Positions 42,155-51,900 of a DNA stretch of 64,000 nt are shown here, in pieces. The position numbers and the translations under genes were made by a program. The notes under the pieces are model-generated. The model was not told the origin of the DNA, did not search any database, and saw only the letters and a program-made list of their open reading frames with translations. The first letter of the stretch is position 1, and each line of letters opens with the position of its first letter. Location: the IMG/VR virus record IMGVR_UViG_3300005680_000007, positions 4,017 to 68,016 of that record; one strand, given 5' to 3'. Source of the DNA: a virus.

Positions 42155-43078
42155 ATGCCATCAACCTCGAACCGCGGCTATTCGGTCCCGGCGACCGGCA
42201 CGCAAAGCGGCATCTGGGGGTCCGACGACCTCAACCCGAATTTCGAGAAAATCGATGACAATCTCGGCGCCACCGCGTCGGTGGTGCTGTCGTCATCGAA
42301 CGTCATTCTGTCTGCCGCTGAATATAACTGCGGCACGATCATCCTGTCGGGCGCGCTGCTCGGCAACCTGACCGTGACCTGGCCGTCGGTTTCGGGCTGG
42401 TGGACCGTCTACAATCTCTGCACCGGCAACTTCTTCGTTCGCATTCAGTGCAGCGTGCCCGGCGCGAAAATCTGCCCGCCGCCGGGGCAATGCACCGACG
42501 TCTTCACCGACGGCACCAACATGTATTACCGAAGCCTGCCGCATAACATCGGCGGGTATTGGGACTATGCCGGGAGTTCCACCCCGCTCTGGGTCAGCAA
42601 CTGCACCGTCCCGCCGTATCTTCTCTGCGACGGATCGACGTTCAGCGCCGTCACCTATCCCTATCTCAATACGATCCTCGGCGGCACGACATTGCCGGAT
42701 CATCGCGGGCGCTCGCGCATCGCGCTCGATGGCGGCACCAACCGCGTCACCACCGCGGGCTCCGGAATCGACGGCGCAACCCGTTTCGCGGCCGGTGGCG
42801 CTCAGAACGTCACCCTTACCGAAGCGCAACTCGCAGCGCACGCGCACACGCTCACCACCAACGGCGCCCACACCCATACGGTAGGTCCGCTGCTGACAAG
42901 CAATCCGAACCAAGGTAGCGGTGGATCAATCACGGTCTATGTCCCGTCCGCCGGAACACTGACCTCGTCCTCGAACGGTGATCACACGCATACGGTTGGG
43001 AGTACCGGAGGGGGCACGTCGCACAACAACATGCAGCCGACGGTGGTCGGTGGAATTGTGCTGATCCGAGCGGCTTGA
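42155..43078 (+). CDS. Tail fibre/collar-domain protein
   Basis: 307 aa. PPYLLCDGSTFSAVTYPYLNTILGGTTLPDHRGRS (tail-collar pattern) and a C-terminal HNNMQPT. Confidence 0.7.
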   Translation: MPSTSNRGYSVPATGTQSGIWGSDDLNPNFEKIDDNLGATASVVLSSSNVILSAAEYNCGTIILSGALLGNLTVTWPSVSGWWTVYNLCTGNFFVRIQCSVPGAKICPPPGQCTDVFTDGTNMYYRSLPHNIGGYWDYAGSSTPLWVSNCTVPPYLLCDGSTFSAVTYPYLNTILGGTTLPDHRGRSRIALDGGTNRVTTAGSGIDGATRFAAGGAQNVTLTEAQLAAHAHTLTTNGAHTHTVGPLLTSNPNQGSGGSITVYVPSAGTLTSSSNGDHTHTVGSTGGGTSHNNMQPTVVGGIVLIRAA

Positions 43079-45108
43079 TGCCAAACTTCCCGCTCAAACT
43101 CATCCCGACCGTCAATGCGGAGTTTACCGAGACCCTGAACGAGGCCGGGATTTCGTCCTGCAACCTCATCCGGTTCAAGGCAAAACTGCCGCAGAAGCTC
43201 GGCGGCTGGCAGAAGTTCGTCGATGCGGTGCTCGGGGGCACCGCGCGAGACCTTCATGCGTGGCAGGACCTGTCGGCCAATGACTGGCTCGCCTATGGCG
43301 CCACGTCCAATGTCAGTGCGGTCTCGGACGGTGTCGTCTCCGACATCACGCCGCAGACGCTCGATACCGCGTTCACCCCGGGGTTCGCGACCACCAATCT
43401 CTCGACAACCGTAACGATCACCGACGCCGGGATTTCCAACGTCACCGATTACGACTCCATCCTGTTCCGGACACCTGTGTCGGTCGGCGGCTGCGTCTTC
43501 TATGGCGTCTATCCGATCGATGCCTCCGTCACGCCCACGAGCTATCAGATCACGGCAGACAGCGCCGCAACGTCGACGGTGGCCAACGGCGGCGCGGTGC
43601 CGCAATTCGGGACCACAAGCGGGTCCGCCATCGTCACGGTGACGTTCGCCAATCACGGCAAGGCGGTCGGGGAACCGTTTACCGCCCTCGTGTCCACCAC
43701 GGTTGGCGGCCTGACGGTGTCCGGAACCTATCCGATCCTCACCACGCCGACGGCCGACACCTTCACGATCGCGGCCAACACCGCGGCCACGTCCACGACC
43801 TCGGCCTATATGGGCGGCGCCAACGAGGCGCAGCTGACCTATTACATCACGCTCGGGCCGCCCGGCGCCGGAGCGGGCTATGGCACCGGCACCTACGGCA
43901 CCGGCGGCTACGGCACCGGTTCGTCTTCGACCGCGCAGACCGGAGACCCGCTGGTCGCGACCGACTACACCCTCGATAACTGGGGCGAAAACCTGCTCGC
44001 CAATCCGCTCGGCGGCGGCATCTATGAATGGACGCCGAATTCCGGCTTCCAGAATATGCGCCTGATCGAGGAGGCGCCGATCTTCGTCAACGGCATCTTT
44101 GTCGCAATGCCGGCGCAAATCCTCGTCGCTTATGGTTGCAACCCGGAAGGCGACCAACTGCTCGATCCGCTGCTGATCCGCTGGTGCGACCAGGAGGATT
44201 ATTACACCTGGATCGGGACCGCATCCAATCAGGCGGGATCGTTCAGACTGTCTTCCGGCTCGCGGGTTGTCGGCGCGCTGCAAGGCCCGCAACAGGCTCT
44301 GCTCTGGACCGACATCGATCTGTGGTCGATGTCCTATATCGGGCCTCCGCTGGTGTTCTCCTTCAACAAGATCAGTTCCGGTTGCGGGTTGATCGGGCCG
44401 CATGCCGCGGGCGTTCTCGGCGGCAACGTCTATTGGATGAACCAGGGCAATTTTTACGTTCTCGGCGGGCAAGGCGTGCAGGTCCTGCCGTCTTCGGTCT
44501 GGGACATCGTGTTCCAGGACCTCGACACCGCCAACCAGCACAAATGCGTGGCGGCGCCGAATTCCACCTTCAATGAGATGTGGTTCTTCTATCCGTCGGC
44601 CTCGGGCGGCACCGGCGAGTGCGACAAATACGTCAAGTTCAATACGCAGGAGCCGTCCTGGGACTATGGCGACATGCAGCGGTCGGCGTGGATCGACCAG
44701 AGCGTGCTCGGTCAGCCCATCGGCGCGACGTCCGGGGGCACGATCTACCAGCATGAGACATCCAACGACGCCGACGGCGCTCCGCTCAATTGGTGGTTCG
44801 AGACCGGCTATTTCGTGATCGCAGAAGGCCTCAACCAGATGGTTGTGGACTTCATCTATCCCGACTTCAAATTCGGCGAGGCCGGCGGCCTGCAGGACGC
44901 AACGGTCATGACTACCATCACGGCGGTCGATTATCCGAACGGCACTGAGCGGGTCTACGGGCCCTATTCGATGACGGCGGCGAAGAACTACATCAACACG
45001 CGGCTGCGCGGGCGCCAGATCAAACTGAAATTCGAGGGCAACGATCTCGGCACCTTCGCCCGGCTTGGCCTGATGCGCTACCGCGCGGCGCCGGACGGAA
45101 GGGTCTGA
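43078..45108 (+). CDS. Large tail protein (nozzle/tubular-B-type position)
   Basis: 676 aa from ATG 43078 (the track starts at TTG 43075). The function call is positional only. Confidence 0.4.
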   Translation: MPNFPLKLIPTVNAEFTETLNEAGISSCNLIRFKAKLPQKLGGWQKFVDAVLGGTARDLHAWQDLSANDWLAYGATSNVSAVSDGVVSDITPQTLDTAFTPGFATTNLSTTVTITDAGISNVTDYDSILFRTPVSVGGCVFYGVYPIDASVTPTSYQITADSAATSTVANGGAVPQFGTTSGSAIVTVTFANHGKAVGEPFTALVSTTVGGLTVSGTYPILTTPTADTFTIAANTAATSTTSAYMGGANEAQLTYYITLGPPGAGAGYGTGTYGTGGYGTGSSSTAQTGDPLVATDYTLDNWGENLLANPLGGGIYEWTPNSGFQNMRLIEEAPIFVNGIFVAMPAQILVAYGCNPEGDQLLDPLLIRWCDQEDYYTWIGTASNQAGSFRLSSGSRVVGALQGPQQALLWTDIDLWSMSYIGPPLVFSFNKISSGCGLIGPHAAGVLGGNVYWMNQGNFYVLGGQGVQVLPSSVWDIVFQDLDTANQHKCVAAPNSTFNEMWFFYPSASGGTGECDKYVKFNTQEPSWDYGDMQRSAWIDQSVLGQPIGATSGGTIYQHETSNDADGAPLNWWFETGYFVIAEGLNQMVVDFIYPDFKFGEAGGLQDATVMTTITAVDYPNGTERVYGPYSMTAAKNYINTRLRGRQIKLKFEGNDLGTFARLGLMRYRAAPDGRV

Positions 45109-45110
45109 GC

Positions 45111-45446
45111 ATGTCTTCGCTGAGCGACATCTTCACGGCGTTGAACACCGCCAACAAGAACATCTCGGAACTGATCCGGACGCTGCAAAGCATCTTCCGC
45201 AATGCCGGGACCTTCACCTGGAATGGCGCTTCGGCAACCACCACGGTCGAGAATGCGGGGGTGCAGGCGACATCGCTTGTTCTCCTGATCCCGACCAATG
45301 CCGCGGCCGCCACGCTGATGGGCAGCAACGAATACCCGTATGTGTCGTCTCGCGTGGTCGGGACGAGCTTCACGCTCACGACCGCGGCGGGCACGGCTGC
45401 GGCGGGCACGGAAACCTTCGCGTACCTCCTCATCACGCCGGTATAG
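45111..45446 (+). CDS. Small structural protein
   Basis: 111-aa ORF. Confidence 0.5.
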   Translation: MSSLSDIFTALNTANKNISELIRTLQSIFRNAGTFTWNGASATTTVENAGVQATSLVLLIPTNAAAATLMGSNEYPYVSSRVVGTSFTLTTAAGTAAAGTETFAYLLITPV

Positions 45447-45450
45447 CGCC

Positions 45451-46092
45451 ATGCCCCTGAAAAAATCTTCCAGCGATGCGGCGTTCAAGGCCAATCTGAA
45501 AGCCGAGCTTGCGGCGGGAAAGCCGCAGAAGCAGGCGTTGGCGATCGCCTATCGCGTCCAGCGCGACGCCAAGGCCAAAGGCATGGCGCGCGGCGGCAAG
45601 GTCGGATACGCGCCGGGCGGCGGCATCCCGTTCTATCTCCGCGACCAGGCCCGGCAGACCGCGCGCCCGAGCGGCGGCATCATCGGCTCCGCGGTGCCGG
45701 GACGCAGCGACCGCATTCCACTGTCGCCGAAAGGCGGTTCCTATGTCATTCCCGCGGATGTTGTCAGCGCGATCGGGCAGGGCAATACCGCCGCCGGCGC
45801 GCGCGGGCTCAGCCGCATGTTCAAGATCGGTGCCCCGCCCAAGGGCATGCCGAGGATGCCATCGACGCGAGTGCGGATGCCAAGCGCGAAGATGGCGGCC
45901 GGCGGCGCGACCGACGGCAACGTGGACATCATGGCGGCCGGCGGCGAATTCCTGGTGCCGCCAGAGAAGGTGGCCGAGATCGGCGGCGGCGATCTGGACC
46001 GGGGCCATAACATCCTCGACGACTTCGTCATGCAGGCGCGCAAGAAGGCGATCAAGACGCTGAAAGGGCTGCCGGGTCCGCGCCAGCGATGA
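45451..46092 (+). CDS. Ejection/internal-virion-type protein (putative)
   Basis: 213 aa from ATG 45451. Gly/Ala/Pro/Arg-rich. Lies before the other ejection-type genes. Confidence 0.4.
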   Translation: MPLKKSSSDAAFKANLKAELAAGKPQKQALAIAYRVQRDAKAKGMARGGKVGYAPGGGIPFYLRDQARQTARPSGGIIGSAVPGRSDRIPLSPKGGSYVIPADVVSAIGQGNTAAGARGLSRMFKIGAPPKGMPRMPSTRVRMPSAKMAAGGATDGNVDIMAAGGEFLVPPEKVAEIGGGDLDRGHNILDDFVMQARKKAIKTLKGLPGPRQR

Positions 46093-46622
46093 CATCGGCA
46101 TCGATTGTGCGGCCCGCGGTCCCTTCGGACCGGGACGAAATCTGGCGGCTGTTCCGGCTGCATGCGGAAGAGAACGCGCTGGTGCGGCTCGCGCAGGACA
46201 AGGTCGACTGGTATCTCGACCGCATGCTCTATCCGCACCGGATAGCGGTGGACGACACCGGGCCGCGCGGGCGGATCGGCGTGATCGGAGCCTCGGGCTC
46301 GCTCGAGGCCGCCATCATGCTGGTGCTCGGCGCCCCGTGGTATTCCGACGAAATCATGCTGGACGACTGCATGAACTTCGTCGATCCGGCGCACCGCAAG
46401 TCCGATCACGCCAAGGCGCTGATCGCCTATGCCAAGCACCTTGTGGACAAGGTGCGCGAAGGGCACCCGAATTTCAAGATGACGCTCGGCATCGTCTCGA
46501 CCGAGCGCACCGAAGCGAAAATCAGACTCTACGCGCGCCAGGACCTGCAGCCGGTCGGCGCGCTGTTCGTCTATCCCCCTGCGTCTGGCGTGAAGCCCCT
46601 CACCGAGATCCGGACGGACTGA
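46089..46622 (+). CDS. GNAT-type N-acetyltransferase (putative)
   Basis: 177 aa. IVRPAVPSDRDEIWRLF...VDPAHRKSDHAKALIAYAK follows the GNAT pattern. Confidence 0.5.
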   Translation: MTSASIVRPAVPSDRDEIWRLFRLHAEENALVRLAQDKVDWYLDRMLYPHRIAVDDTGPRGRIGVIGASGSLEAAIMLVLGAPWYSDEIMLDDCMNFVDPAHRKSDHAKALIAYAKHLVDKVREGHPNFKMTLGIVSTERTEAKIRLYARQDLQPVGALFVYPPASGVKPLTEIRTD

Positions 46623-46623
46623 C

Positions 46624-48945
46624 ATGGGATCATTGTGTAAAAGCGGTCCCGCGACCACCACGACGTCGACCAAGACCAAATCGGAGTCGGCCTATACGCC
46701 TTTCGCGCGCGACGAGATGCAGGACATCTACGGCCGCGTCTGGGAGGCTGGATCGACGCCATACACGCCGTTCACCGGCAATATGGTCGCGGGGCTCAAC
46801 CCGACGCAGCTTGGCGGCATCGACAAGATCACGGGCGCGACGAACTATCTCAACACCGCGGCGAATTACGCGCGCGAGGGCGCAGCGCCGATCTCGGATT
46901 GGGAGATCGAACGCTACATCAATCCGTTCACCAACAATGTCATCGACGCCACGCGGGCGAATTTCGCGGAGAACAATGCCCAGCAGCAGAGCCAGATCAG
47001 GGGCAATGCCGCGCTCCGTGGCGCGCTCGGCGGCGACCGGGCCGGCATTGCGCAGGCGGAAGCGGCGCGGCAGCAGAAACTGGCGCAAGACCCGATCATC
47101 GCCAAGATGCAGCAGGACAGCTACACGCAGGCGCTCGCGGCCGCGCAGGCCGACCGGGCCGCAAAGGCGCAAGGGGCTTATGGCTTCGGCGCGCTGCATT
47201 CCGGTGCGCTTGCCGGCGGCCAGTCTCAGATCGGGGCTGGCTCGCTCGAGCAGGGCGTGGATCAGGCAAGGCTCAATGCCCAGTACCAGGAATTCATGCG
47301 CGCGCAGCAATACCCCTATCAGAATGCGCAATTCCTCGCGTCGGCCGGGCTGCCGCTCCTCACCGCGCAGGGCGGCACCCAGACCGGCCAGAGCAGCGGC
47401 ACCAGCACGCAGGTCCAGCAGGCGGCGCAGCCGAGCGTCTTGCAGCAGGCGGTTGGCCTCGGCACCGCGGCAATCGGCGCGTTCAGCGGCAACCCGTTCG
47501 CGTTCCTCGGCGGCCTGAACAGCGCCGCGGGCGGAATGCCATCGACCGGCGCGACCTACGGCGTCTCGCCAGGGTCTTCCGGCATGGCATCGTTCGGCGG
47601 CGTGCCGTATCCGGTGTTCAACCGCGGCGGCCGCGTGCGTCCCGGCTACCGGAATGGCGGCTTCATCGACCGGGTCAACGAGCTCCGGCAGGCGATGCGC
47701 CGCGGCGGCGCGATCCGGCTTCCCGGCTATGCCGACGGCGGCGAAATTCCGTTCTGGGAGCGCTTCGCGCCGGCCGCGGAAGCCGTCCAGAGCGGCGAAT
47801 TCGATCCGCAGGGGTCGAATTACCCGGCACCCATGGCAATGGCGCCAGAGGCCCCCGCTGAGTCTCCTGCGCTCGCCCGTGGGATCACGCTTCCCCCGCA
47901 GATTGCCAGCCCGGGGGGCTCCGGCCCGATCATGGCTCCGGCCATGCGCCCGGCCATGCAGCCCGCGATCGCGCAGGCGCCAATGGCGGCCGACGCACCG
48001 ACCGATTTCTCCGCGCAGCGGGCATTCCCGCCGCGAGCCGCGCAGCCGGGCGGTGGCCTCTCCGAAGAAGCCCGCATGGCACTCATCGCGGCCGGCCTCG
48101 GCATGATGGCCTCCAAGCATCCAAATGCGGCCGGCGCCATCGGCGAGGGCGGACTGATCGGCATCAAGCAATACACGAGCGGCAAGCAGACCAAAGAGAA
48201 GAACGAATTGGCGGCTCGCAAATTGCTGATGGATGCGGAGCAATTCGCCAAGACCCACGATTTGCGCGGCAAGACGCTGGACGAGACCAAGCGCTACCAC
48301 GACATGACGATCCAGGAGCGCCGGGAGGCGGCTTCCGAGCGGTCGCAGGACCGCCGCGATGCGCTGGCCCGTCATGCTTTCCCTGGGACAGGGAAGGACG
48401 AGGACGGCAACGCCGTGCCGGGGATGTATCGCTACGACCCGGACAAGCAGGACTATGTGTTCAAGCCAGGCGCCGCGATCCAGAAGGGCGGCTCCGGTTC
48501 CGGACGGCCGCCGGCGGTGCTGCAGATCGCAGACGCGATGATCGCCGCGCGCGAAGAGGCCCGCAAGGCCAATCCGAGCCTTCCGCCGCTCAGCCGGGAG
48601 GAGGCGATCAAGTCGGCCCAGCGCGCCCCGCGCGACCGCGAGGACGTCACCACCCGCGAGCGGCTGGCCCAGAACCTCGCCAAGAACGACCCGAGTTTCA
48701 CCATCGACAAGGCGCGCGAATTCTACGGCCTGCCGCCGCGCGTGATGCCGGACAAGAAGCCCGCCGAGAAGGGCCTGTGGGACCGCATGTTTGGCGGCGG
48801 GGACAAGAAGGCCGATGCGCCGAAGCTCAAGCCCATGACGCCCGAAGTCAGCGCCAAGGCGAAAGAAGCCATCGACGCCGGCAAGGACCGCAATGCCGTG
48901 ATCCAGCGGCTGCGTGAAAACGGAATCGACCCGTCCGGACTGTGA
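46624..48945 (+). CDS. Large internal-virion/ejection protein (tape-measure-like composition)
   Basis: 773 aa, Gln/Ala/Gly-rich. Ends in a GTGA overlap with the giant ORF. Confidence 0.45.
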   Translation: MGSLCKSGPATTTTSTKTKSESAYTPFARDEMQDIYGRVWEAGSTPYTPFTGNMVAGLNPTQLGGIDKITGATNYLNTAANYAREGAAPISDWEIERYINPFTNNVIDATRANFAENNAQQQSQIRGNAALRGALGGDRAGIAQAEAARQQKLAQDPIIAKMQQDSYTQALAAAQADRAAKAQGAYGFGALHSGALAGGQSQIGAGSLEQGVDQARLNAQYQEFMRAQQYPYQNAQFLASAGLPLLTAQGGTQTGQSSGTSTQVQQAAQPSVLQQAVGLGTAAIGAFSGNPFAFLGGLNSAAGGMPSTGATYGVSPGSSGMASFGGVPYPVFNRGGRVRPGYRNGGFIDRVNELRQAMRRGGAIRLPGYADGGEIPFWERFAPAAEAVQSGEFDPQGSNYPAPMAMAPEAPAESPALARGITLPPQIASPGGSGPIMAPAMRPAMQPAIAQAPMAADAPTDFSAQRAFPPRAAQPGGGLSEEARMALIAAGLGMMASKHPNAAGAIGEGGLIGIKQYTSGKQTKEKNELAARKLLMDAEQFAKTHDLRGKTLDETKRYHDMTIQERREAASERSQDRRDALARHAFPGTGKDEDGNAVPGMYRYDPDKQDYVFKPGAAIQKGGSGSGRPPAVLQIADAMIAAREEARKANPSLPPLSREEAIKSAQRAPRDREDVTTRERLAQNLAKNDPSFTIDKAREFYGLPPRVMPDKKPAEKGLWDRMFGGGDKKADAPKLKPMTPEVSAKAKEAIDAGKDRNAVIQRLRENGIDPSGL

Positions 48946-51900
48946 CCGACATCTCCTTCGACGACCTCCCGTCGGCAAAACCGGCGGATACCGGCCTTTC
49001 CTTCGACGACCTTCCTGCGGCCGCGCCCGCAGCGGAATCGGGCTATGTGCCGGAAGCGTTGAAGGGCTTCGCGCGCGGCGCGCAGGGCATGGTGACGTCG
49101 CCGCTGCAGGGTGTTGCGGCCGCGCAGTCGCAGGGCCCGGCGGCAATCGAACGCGCCGGACTTTCGGCCGCCATGGACCGCGTCATGGCCGGCGAGGATC
49201 CCGCGCAGGCTGTGGAGAACGTGCGCGCGGCACCCCCGGCGCTGCCGCCGGTCACGGAAACGCCCGGCTGGCATGCCGCCGAGTCCTTCAAGAAAGCGAC
49301 GGACCCGTATATCGCGCCCGCGAAAGGCTGGGAGGACAGCTGGACCGGCGATATAGCTGGCGGCTTTGGATCGGTCGCAGCCGGCATCGGCATGTCCATC
49401 CTCAATCCGGCCGCCGCCATGCTCGCGTTCGTCACGGCCGGCCAGGGCGAAGCGGCCGAACGCGCGGTGAAGGCTGGCGCTACGCCGGAGCAGATCCAGA
49501 CCGCGGCCAGGCTCGGAACGGTCTCGGGCGCAACCGACGTGGTTGACGCGCTCCTGCCGATGATGGGCTCCTACGGCAAGACGCTCGGGCTCATCAAGCG
49601 GGTGGGCTATGGCGCTGTCTCCGGCGCGCTCGCGGAAGGCGGGCAGGAAGGCCTGCAGCAATTCATCCAGAACGCGATCGCGAAGGGCATCTACAAGCCC
49701 GACCAGGACTTGATGGAGGATGTGCCGCGCAGTGCGGCCATTGGCGCGATCGTCGGCGGGAGCATCGGCGGGTTCTCTGGCGGCGTGCAGAAGCCGGGGG
49801 CTGCGCCGGCAGCCGAGGCCCAGCAGTCCGCTGTGCAGCCAACTGCCGGGCAGCCCGCGGCCGACCCGCTCGAAGCCTTGATCGCGCGCGAAGCCGAGTC
49901 GCCGGCGCCGGACAATCCCGAACTCGACGCGCTCCTGTCCGATCTTGCCTCCCGCGCGACGGATTTCTCGGACCGCGCGCGCAGCGGTTCTCCGGTCGCT
50001 GCGCCTGCCCAGGCTGCCGAACCCGCCACCGAGCCGAGCGGGGCGCCGATCGATCCGATGTTCGCAGACCTGCCGGATGCGGAAGAAACCCCGCAGCGCG
50101 GCCCGAAAATCACCTATCTGACGCCGGATGCCATCCAGACCGACGCCGAGCGCTTCCAATATAAGGGTGGTGCCGACAAGGAAGGCGTCACCAGCGCGCT
50201 CAAGGACGTCAAGAAATGGGATGACCGTCTCGCCCCGCCTATTCTCGCGTGGGAGTCGGAAGACGGCAGCCTCTACGTCGTCAACGGACACCAGCGCACG
50301 GCGCTCGCCAAGCGCGCCAGCGCCGCAGGTCAGCCGGACGTCTATGTCCCGGCCCGCATTATGCGTGAGGCTGACGGCTATACCCCCGAGTATATGCGCG
50401 CCCTCGGCGCCTTCCAGAACATCGCGGAGGGCACCGGGACGGCGCTCGATGCGGCGAAGGTGCTGCGCGCTAATTCGGCCGACCTCGCAGATGTGCTGCC
50501 GCCGCTGCCGCCGCGCAGCCAGCTTGTCCAGAACGCAAAGGGGCTGGCCGACCTGTCCGACGAGGCGTTCGGCATGGTGGTCAACGACATCGTGCCGGAA
50601 GCCTACGCCGCGCAGGTTGGCAACATCCTGAAAGAGCCTGCCGAGCAGATGGCGGCGCTGGACGTTCTGGCGAAAGGCCAGCCCGCCAACGTCGACCAGG
50701 CGCGGATCATGGTCGAGGACATCCGCAACGCCGGATTCCTGAAAGGCGAACAAACCGGATTGTTCGGTGCCGAGGAATTTGCCCGCTCGCTTGTGCCCGA
50801 AAGGGCGCGTATACTGGACCGCGCCGTCAAGACGCTGCGCAAGCTCGGCTCCACGTTCAAGACCGCGGTGGAGCAGGAAGGCACGCTGGCCGAGGCCGGC
50901 AACAAGCTCAAGCGCGCCGCCAACGAAAGGGCGCAGACCGAGAACGAAAGGCTCGCAGAGGTTCTTGCCAATGACGGGACGCGGAAAGGACCAATCTCCG
51001 ATGCGCTTAGTGACGCCGCAAGAGCGCTCGCCGACGGCAAGCCCATCAATGCCGTCACGTCGCAATTCCTCTCCCAGGTTCGATCTCTCACGCGAGGAAC
51101 TCGTCCGGGCGTACAACGAAGCGCTGAGACTGACCGCGATGGACATGCGCGAGAACCGCAGCAGGCCGCGCTCTACTCGCTCGGACGAGGACAGCAACGT
51201 CCTGTAGCGCCGAAAGTTCGCGCTGAAATCGAGGCCATGACGGCGCGCAATGCGCCGCTGGATGAAATCGTCGCGCACCCTGCCGTGTCCCGCGCCGTCG
51301 CGGAAATGCGCCGCCGCATCCCGACCGGTACACCGGAACAATTGCGCGATCCGGCATGGCAAGCGAAGCGCGTCTATGACTTCGGCGGCAAGCCGGTCAG
51401 AGGATTCGATGCTGCTGCTGATCGTCTGACGGAAAAGGCTCGTTCCTATGCGGGCGGCAAGGTGGAGAACGGGCGCCATGCCGTACTCGTGCTTGGGCCT
51501 CCTGCGGCTGGCAAATCTACCTTCGCCAACCCGATCGCAAAGGCGATGGGCGCGGCCGTGGTCGACGCCGACGATGCCAAACTGGTCATACGCGAATATC
51601 AGGGCGGTGTCGGCACCGTCGCGGTTCATGAGGAAAGCTCTGCCCTGGCCGGTCGTGTGGCCTCGCGCCTGATCGGCGAGGGAGCCAATCTGGTTTTGCC
51701 GAAGGTGGGTGCCGCCGAGGCCAGCATCCGCAATCTGAAGAAGGCGCTGGAGGCCAAGGGCTACACGGTCGACGTCGCCCATGTGGCTGCAAATCCTGAG
51801 ATTTCCGGCCGCCGGAACATTGGCCGCTGGCTCGAAACGGGACGCCTCGTCGACCCGGATTATATTCGGGAAGTGGGTGACAAGCCGCGGGAAGTCGCCT

